A stretch of 64,000 nucleotides of DNA, from the NCBI GenBank assembly GCA_028279505.1, contig JANQNP010000031.1, positions 17,413 to 81,412 of the forward strand. Direction: 5' to 3'. Of this stretch, positions 58,377 to 64,000 are shown one piece after another. Each line of letters starts with the position of its first letter. Within the stretch, counting starts at the first letter, position 1. Below the pieces are notes generated by a model. It was not told where the DNA came from and ran no database searches. It worked only from the letters and a program-made list of their open reading frames with translations. Source of the stretch: Dehalococcoidia bacterium. GTDB lineage: Bacteria > Chloroflexota > Dehalococcoidia > UBA2979. The position numbers were made by a program, and so were the translations under genes.

Positions 58377-58856
58377 TTAGTCCTCGGGTTTGGCGCGGAC
58401 CACGAGGACGGCCGCGTTCGGCGTCTCGCGCATCACGTGGTCGGCCACCGAGCCGGTGACCGCTCGGCCGAAGCCGGAGCGGCCGTGCGAGGCGATCACG
58501 ATCAGGTCGGCGCCGGCGGCCTCCGCCCGCTCCGCGATCAGCTCGAAGGGGTTGCCCCGGACCACCTCGACGTCGACCTCGCGGACGCCCTCGTCGCGTA
58601 GCCGGACGGCGACGGCTTCCAGGTACTCGCGCGCCGAGGACTCCCACGCCTCGAGGGTGACCGACCGATCCGGTTCGCCGACGTTCTGGAGCAGTTCGAG
58701 CGTGTGCCGCAGCAGCGGAGACGTCATGTCGGCCGGGTCGACGACCTGGAGGAGCTGCACCGCGGCGTCGTGCGCGAGCGCGTTGCTGATCACGTGTGCG
58801 AGCGCCTGCTCGGCCAGCTCCGAGTTGTCCAGCGGCACGAGGATCTTGGAGTACAC
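58377..58856 (-). CDS. universal stress protein (UspA family)
   Basis: MYSKILVPLDNSE .. DLIVIASHGRSGFGRAVTGSVADHVMRETPNAAVLVVR. Confidence 0.9.
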   Translation of the reverse strand: MYSKILVPLDNSELAEQALAHVISNALAHDAAVQLLQVVDPADMTSPLLRHTLELLQNVGEPDRSVTLEAWESSAREYLEAVAVRLRDEGVREVDVEVVRGNPFELIAERAEAAGADLIVIASHGRSGFGRAVTGSVADHVMRETPNAAVLVVRAKPED

Positions 58857-58947
58857 GCAGCGCCCTCTCGTCGGTGTGAACAGCCGAACGCCAAGGTATC
58901 AGCCGTGTCCGTTGCGGCCTGCCGGTCAAGGCCGGGGGCTGTGCGGC

Positions 58948-59874
58948 CTAGTCGGCGAGTAGCGGGCGGTTGACGAGCTCGCCCGTGGCGCGGACCCACG
59001 CACCGACGGTGTCGAGGTCCGCGCTCAATCGGATCGCTCGAGCGGCCGGCTCGTCGCTGACCTCGACCTCGTAGCGCCGGAAGAACTGGGTGGGTGGGCC
59101 CTCGGTCTCCGGCAGCACAACCAGCGGCGGGACCGACAACGGCGCAGGCGTCGAGTCGCCGGCGAGCACGAATTCGTAGACAGCGCCGGGCTCGGCGCTG
59201 CTCATCCCGAGGTCGAAGTAGTGCACGAGCTCGCCGCGGTACCAGCCGCTACGGATCGGGTGGCCCTCGGAGGTGGTGGCGCTCTCGGGGACAAGGGGGC
59301 AATTCACGAGCATGCCGGCGGGGATCGTCTCCAGGTCGCTGGCGTCGAGGTCCTCGAGGGATCGGATCGCGCGGCTGTCGAAGCCCTCGGGCACGAGCAC
59401 GAACTGCACGTCCCAGAGGTCGGAGTAGTCGGCGGAGCCGACGATCGTGTCGAGGACGGTCGGGTGATCGGGGATCATCCGCGGGGCGCCGGTCTCGTCG
59501 AACCCGTGGATGAAGACCCAGATCGGCGCGATCGCCACGGCACCATCCTCGGTCAGCGGCGTATGCGTGCCGAAGTCAAGGTAGCTCGCCGGTTCACCGG
59601 CGACCGTGGCGTCCTGTCGCTCGTAGGCGACGGGAACGGGGCTGGTTGGGTCGGCAACGTCGCCGACCGCGTTGACCGCACCGGTGCCATAACCCGCGGC
59701 GCCGGCACCGCTCACCTCGCCGCTGTTGAGCACGCCGACGGCCGCGAGCACGGCGTAGACCACCAGGCCGACGAAGGCGACCAGGGTCGAGCCGGATACC
59801 GCCGCGATCAGCGTGTCGAACCGTCCCAAGGCTTCACCCCTGGTGCTCTGCATCTCACGTGGTGGTCGATCCAC
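58948..59874 (-). CDS. hypothetical membrane-anchored extracytoplasmic protein
   Basis: N-terminal anchor LVAFVGLVVYAVLAAVGVL followed by a ~240-aa soluble domain with no motif I recognise. The start may be MQSTRG (59853). Confidence 0.5.
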   Translation of the reverse strand: MDRPPREMQSTRGEALGRFDTLIAAVSGSTLVAFVGLVVYAVLAAVGVLNSGEVSGAGAAGYGTGAVNAVGDVADPTSPVPVAYERQDATVAGEPASYLDFGTHTPLTEDGAVAIAPIWVFIHGFDETGAPRMIPDHPTVLDTIVGSADYSDLWDVQFVLVPEGFDSRAIRSLEDLDASDLETIPAGMLVNCPLVPESATTSEGHPIRSGWYRGELVHYFDLGMSSAEPGAVYEFVLAGDSTPAPLSVPPLVVLPETEGPPTQFFRRYEVEVSDEPAARAIRLSADLDTVGAWVRATGELVNRPLLAD

Positions 59875-59945
59875 CTCAGATCAGCATCGGCTGCGGGGCG
59901 AACTTCTACAGATCGTGGTGTCCCCGATCAGTACCTTCGTCAGAG

Positions 59946-60452
59946 ATGGAGATCCGGCCCCTCGGCCCCGACGACGGCCTCGCGTATCGCGACGTCCGCC
60001 TGCGTGCGCTCCGCGAGGCGCCCGAGGCGTTCGCCTCCACCTTCGAGGAGGAGTCGAGCCAGTCCGACGCGTTCTGGCGCGACCTCGTCGCGCGGACCGC
60101 GAGCGCGATGGAGGCCGAGATCCTCGCGATCGACCGAGGTGACGGCACCCTCGCCGGGACGGCGTTCGTGCGCGTCTCCTCGGACCCGCCGCACGACGGC
60201 TACGTCGGCGCGATGTGGGTTGATCAGGATCTGCGCGGCGCCGGCTGGGGCGACGCACTCCTCGAACACGCCGAGGGCTTCGCGCTGCGCCTCGGGTGCG
60301 GCGCCGTGGAGCTGTGGGTCAGCGGTTCGAACTCCCTCGCGCAGCGCTTCTACGAGCGAAACGGATACCGCCCGACCGGCGTCCAGGAGACGCAGTCGAG
60401 CGGGATCATTGCGCACATGCTCCTCAAGCCGCTCCCATCGTCGAACGGCTAG
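59946..60452 (+). CDS. GNAT family N-acetyltransferase
   Basis: Start at MEIRPLGPDD. VDQDLRGAGWGDALLEHAE (Q/RxxGxG/A acetyl-CoA motif). Confidence 0.85.
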   Translation: MEIRPLGPDDGLAYRDVRLRALREAPEAFASTFEEESSQSDAFWRDLVARTASAMEAEILAIDRGDGTLAGTAFVRVSSDPPHDGYVGAMWVDQDLRGAGWGDALLEHAEGFALRLGCGAVELWVSGSNSLAQRFYERNGYRPTGVQETQSSGIIAHMLLKPLPSSNG

Positions 60453-60982
60453 CCGGGAGTCTCATCGAGGACTGCCAACAGCCGGGTCAGGCTTGCTTCG
60501 ACTGAGAGCGCACTGCTGTCGATGCAGACTTCGGTGGGCCAGCGACGGCATGCCTCGAGTTGGGCGGTGGACAGCTCCTCCGGGACCTGCTTCTCGCGAC
60601 CGCGAGAGCGCGCGAGAACCTCCGAGAGCGATGGGGTGAGCACGACGAGCCGCCAGTCGAGGCCTTCGAGGTGTGCGAGCCAGTCGCGCTCGAATGTGTC
60701 TGGATCGATGACGTCGTCGATCACGACGTCATACCCATCGCCGAGGAAGACGCGTGCGAGCTTCACGCTCGCACGAACGCTCATGGAGTACTGCTCGCTC
60801 TGGAGCACGCCGCGCTCCCGGGGATCGGCGCGGCCCGCGACGATCATCTCGCGCACCTCGTCGAGTTCGATCGAAGCGGCGGACCGCCTGGTCGCACACC
60901 ATGCCCGCGCCAGGGTGGTCTTCCCGGCCGCGGCTGGGCCGCTGATGAGCAGGAGCCGAGGTGGTCCGTCGCGCGTCGACAT
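60449..60982 (-). CDS. P-loop kinase-like ATPase (AAA_33 / zeta-toxin / chloramphenicol-phosphotransferase-like fold)
   Basis: LLLISGPAAAGKTTLA Walker A and VVIDDV Walker B-like; 177 aa. Confidence 0.7.
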   Translation of the reverse strand: MSTRDGPPRLLLISGPAAAGKTTLARAWCATRRSAASIELDEVREMIVAGRADPRERGVLQSEQYSMSVRASVKLARVFLGDGYDVVIDDVIDPDTFERDWLAHLEGLDWRLVVLTPSLSEVLARSRGREKQVPEELSTAQLEACRRWPTEVCIDSSALSVEASLTRLLAVLDETPG

Positions 60983-61077
60983 CGGTTACTTCCCATCGGC
61001 GATCTACCGAGGCAGGTTCCCGCCAGCTAACATCACGCGCGTAGTCGATCGCCAGCGCCAGAGACGAGGCCACCCCA

Positions 61078-62787
61078 ATGACCACCGAAACCAGCCCCGC
61101 CGCAACCGACACCACGAACGGCGCCGGCGAAACGATCGTCGGAGCCGTCCTCCTGGCAAGGGAGCTGAAGCGACAGGGCGTCGACTACATGTTCGGCGTC
61201 GTCGGCTTCCCGGTCTCTGAGCTGGCCGTCTACGCCCAGAACGAGGGCATCCGCTACATCGGCATGCGCAACGAGCAGGCCGCCTCGTACGCGGCGCAGG
61301 CCGCCAGCTACCTGCTGGGCCGCCCGCAGGCCTGCATCGTCGTCTCCGGCCCCGGGGTGGTGCACGGCCTCGCCGGTCTCGCGAACGCTAAGTCCAACTG
61401 CTGGCCGATGATCCTCATCGGCGGCGCCTCGGCTATCAGCCAGAACGGCATGGGCGCGTTCCAGGAGGAGAACCAGGTCGAGATCGCCCGGCCGCTCTCC
61501 AAGTACGCGCACGCGCTCGACCGCGCCGACCGCATCCCCTACTACGTCGAGCAGGCCGTGCGCACTTCGATCTACGGCCGCCCCGGCCCCGCCTACCTCG
61601 ACGCCCCGGACGACATCCTCCTCGCCGAGGTACCGATCTCCGAGGTCAAAGAGACGCAAGTCGTGCCTGATCCGCCGCGCCCCGGCGTCCCGGACCGCGA
61701 CATCCAGGCCGCGCTCTCCGCGCTGAAGTCCGCCGAGCGTCCGCTCGTGATCGTGGGCAAGGGGATGGCCTGGGCCCGCGCCGAGAACGAGGTTCTGGAG
61801 TTCGTTGAGAAGACCCAGCTCCCGTTCCTGCCCACGCCGATGGGCAAGGGTGTGATCGATGACGACCACCCGCTCGCCGTCTCCCCGGCGCGCACGCTCG
61901 CGCTCCGCGAGGCCGACGTCGTACTGCTCCTCGGCGCTCGCCTCAACTGGATCCTCCACTTCGGCAAGCCGCCGCGCTGGGCCGAGGACGTGCGCATCGT
62001 CCAGGTGGACATCGCCGCCGAGGAGATCGGCACCAACGTCCCGACCGAGGTCGCCCTCGTCGGTGACGGCGCCGCCGTGCTCGCGCAGCTGAACGAGGCC
62101 GTCGACGAGGACGGCTGGCAGTACGCTTCTGAGACCACTTGGCGCAGCCAGCTCGCCTCCAAGGTCGAGGAGAACGTCGAGGTCAGCGCCCAGTTGATGG
62201 CCGACGAGTCGACGCCAATGAACTACTACCGACCGCTGCAGGCGATCCGCGACACGCTGCCCGAGGACACGATCATCGTCTCCGAGGGCGCCGGCACGAT
62301 GGACATCGGCCGCACCGTGCTGCCGAACCGCGGCGCCCGCACCCGCCTCGACGCCGGCACCTACGGCACGATGGGCGTTGGCCTCGGTTTCGCGATCGGC
62401 GCCGCCATCGCCCAGCCCGGCAAGCGCATCGTCACCCTCGAGGGCGACGCAGCCTTCGGCTTCTCCGGCATGGAGTACGAGACGATGGTCCGCTACAACC
62501 TGCCGATCACCACGATCATCCTCAACAACAACGGCATTGGCGGCGGCCCGTCGGTCCTGGACGAGGATCGCGATCCGCCGCCCGGCGCGTACCACCCCGA
62601 CGCCCGCTACGAGCGGATCGCCGACATGTTCGGCGGTCGCAGCTACTACGTGACGGAGCCCGACGAGCTGGAGCCCGCCCTCCGCGAGGCCAACAGCGGC
62701 GAGGGCCCCACGATCGTTCACATCCGCATCGACCCGCGCGCTGGCCGCAAGCCGCAGCAGTTCGGCTGGCACACGCCGACGAACTAG
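61078..62787 (+). CDS. oxc: oxalyl-CoA decarboxylase (ThDP-dependent)
   Basis: GVDYMFGVVGFPVSELAVYAQNEGIRYIGMRNEQAASYAAQA .. SGPGVVHGLAGLANA .. GRPGPAYLDAPDDIL aligns block by block with my memory of E. coli/O. formigenes Oxc. ThDP motif EGDAAFGFSGMEYETMVRYNLPITTIILNNNG. It is followed by frc. Confidence 0.85.
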   Translation: MTTETSPAATDTTNGAGETIVGAVLLARELKRQGVDYMFGVVGFPVSELAVYAQNEGIRYIGMRNEQAASYAAQAASYLLGRPQACIVVSGPGVVHGLAGLANAKSNCWPMILIGGASAISQNGMGAFQEENQVEIARPLSKYAHALDRADRIPYYVEQAVRTSIYGRPGPAYLDAPDDILLAEVPISEVKETQVVPDPPRPGVPDRDIQAALSALKSAERPLVIVGKGMAWARAENEVLEFVEKTQLPFLPTPMGKGVIDDDHPLAVSPARTLALREADVVLLLGARLNWILHFGKPPRWAEDVRIVQVDIAAEEIGTNVPTEVALVGDGAAVLAQLNEAVDEDGWQYASETTWRSQLASKVEENVEVSAQLMADESTPMNYYRPLQAIRDTLPEDTIIVSEGAGTMDIGRTVLPNRGARTRLDAGTYGTMGVGLGFAIGAAIAQPGKRIVTLEGDAAFGFSGMEYETMVRYNLPITTIILNNNGIGGGPSVLDEDRDPPPGAYHPDARYERIADMFGGRSYYVTEPDELEPALREANSGEGPTIVHIRIDPRAGRKPQQFGWHTPTN

Positions 62788-62847
62788 CCGCCGACGTAGC
62801 GGACGCGCCGAGCTTCGAGGACGAACCGCTCCCCGAGGAGAATCGCC

Positions 62848-64000
62848 ATGACCACGCAACAGCCAACGCAGACGAGCGCCCTCGCGGGGTTGCGCATCCT
62901 CGATATGACGCAGTACGAGGCGGGGACATCCTGCACGCAGGCCCTCGCATGGCTCGGTGCGGACGTCGTGAAGGTCGAGCCGCCGGTCTACGGTGACCCG
63001 GGGCGGCGTGTCCGCCTCGGGCAGGGCAACTCGCCCTACTTCCTCAACTGGAACAGCAACAAGCGCAGCATTGTGCTTGACCTCGCGCAGCCTGAGGGCC
63101 GCCAGCTGCTCCTAGACATGGCGCCGCACTACGACGTCTTCGTCGAGAACTACGGCCCTGGCGTCGTCGAGAAGCTCGATATCGGCTACGACGTGATGCG
63201 CGAGGCGAACCCGGGGATCATCTACGCCCAGCTGAAGGGCTTCGGCACTTCCGGGCCATACGCCGACTATAAGTGCTTCGACATGGTCGCCCAGGCGGCT
63301 GCCGGGGCCTTCTCAGTCACAGGGGTCGAAGACGGGCCGCCGATGCGCCCAGGTCCCACCACCGGCGACGCGGGCACCGGGGTCCAGCTTGCCCTCGCGA
63401 TCACCGCCGCCTACGTCCAGAAACAGCGGACCGGCGAGGGTCAGCACATCGAGATCTCGATGCAGGAGGCGATGACCTACTTCATGCGCACCCAGATCGC
63501 GAACGGTGCCGAGTGGGGTGAGGCCGCCACGCCTCGCCGCGGCAACGGGCCGACCGCGACGGTCAACCTCTACCCCTGCGCGCCGGAGGATCCCGCCGCC
63601 GACGGCAAGCCCGGCCCCAACGACTACGCATTCATCATGTGCGTGACCAGCCGCATGTGGGACTCGCTGGCGACCGCCATCGGTCGACCGGAACTCGCTG
63701 TCGATCCCCGGTTCGAAACTGGCGAGGCACGTCTCGCCCACTTCGAGGAGCTCTACGAGATCGTGTCCGAGTGGACGCTCAAGCACACGAAGCACGAGGT
63801 GATGACCATCCTCGGCGAGGCGGGCGTCCCGGTCAGCAAGAACTTCGACACGCGAGACCTGTTCCACGACGAGCATCTGAACGAACGTGGCTTCGTCCAC
63901 ACCCTCGACCACCCGGAGCATGGAGAGATCCGCCTTCTCGGCTTCGCCCCACGGATGTCCGGGAGTCACGTCCCGCTGCGGCACGGCCCCCTGATGGGTG
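62848..64000 (+). CDS. frc: formyl-CoA:oxalate CoA-transferase; 3' end runs off the window
   Basis: Absent from the ORF track (no stop in window). Manual translation from the ATG 7 nt after GAGGAG gives MTTQQPTQTSALAGLRILDMTQYEAGTSCTQALAWLGADVVKVEPP .. WNSNKRSIVLDL .. FDMVAQAAAGAFSVTGVEDGPPMRPGPTTGDAGTG, which parallels Frc including the catalytic Asp loop. Confidence 0.85.
   Translation, partial: MTTQQPTQTSALAGLRILDMTQYEAGTSCTQALAWLGADVVKVEPPVYGDPGRRVRLGQGNSPYFLNWNSNKRSIVLDLAQPEGRQLLLDMAPHYDVFVENYGPGVVEKLDIGYDVMREANPGIIYAQLKGFGTSGPYADYKCFDMVAQAAAGAFSVTGVEDGPPMRPGPTTGDAGTGVQLALAITAAYVQKQRTGEGQHIEISMQEAMTYFMRTQIANGAEWGEAATPRRGNGPTATVNLYPCAPEDPAADGKPGPNDYAFIMCVTSRMWDSLATAIGRPELAVDPRFETGEARLAHFEELYEIVSEWTLKHTKHEVMTILGEAGVPVSKNFDTRDLFHDEHLNERGFVHTLDHPEHGEIRLLGFAPRMSGSHVPLRHGPLMG

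Noticed and set aside
60449-60982. GNAT plus P-loop kinase-like pair as a toxin-antitoxin module (GNAT toxin or zeta-toxin-like).
   Set aside because: The genes are convergent, not co-transcribed. No small DNA-binding antitoxin ORF accompanies either, and both have ordinary composition.

Overview
High-GC (roughly 68-70% by eye) bacterial chromosomal segment. It is tightly packed with about 60 protein genes, many ATGA/GTGA/TGATG start-stop overlaps and frequent GTG starts. I found no rRNA, tRNA, CRISPR array, transposase or integrase gene.

Content, left to right:
- aceE (truncated), lipB and lipA.
- A very paralogue-rich acyl-CoA landscape: 6 family-III CaiB/Frc CoA-transferase domains (one a tandem fusion), 5 crotonase-fold hydratases plus 1 MaoC dehydratase, 3 luciferase-like (LLM) oxidoreductases, 2 Oxc-like ThDP enzymes, an acyl-CoA mutase catalytic subunit, an acyl-CoA dehydrogenase and 2 OFA-like MFS transporters.
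- A copper-delivery trio (His-rich protein, SCO1, PCuAC).
- A cobalamin riboswitch in front of cbiB-cobD-cobQ.
- Carbamate kinase and Leu dehydrogenase.
- A canonical oxc-frc pair at the right edge (frc truncated).

The gene mix is compatible with Chloroflexota or deep-branching Actinomycetota. I cannot decide between them from sequence alone.

What stands out:
1. Three short low-GC islets (about 16.5-17.5 kb, 53.15-53.99 kb and 56.05-57.39 kb) carry only orphan membrane/coiled-coil proteins. The third is bounded by diverged ~105-bp direct copies of the 3' end of the neighbouring dehydrogenase gene, which looks like an integration footprint without an integrase. The first encodes a SLATT-like 2-TM protein.
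2. A flavin-dependent-halogenase-like protein with a C-terminal winged-helix/PqqD-like domain sits next to a DAHP synthase.
3. Several repeat and regulatory oddities: a 38-bp tandem repeat, a shared intergenic hairpin element and palindromes in divergent promoters.

I did not find a complete multi-gene system of clearly new type. All family assignments come from motif recognition by eye; no searches were run.
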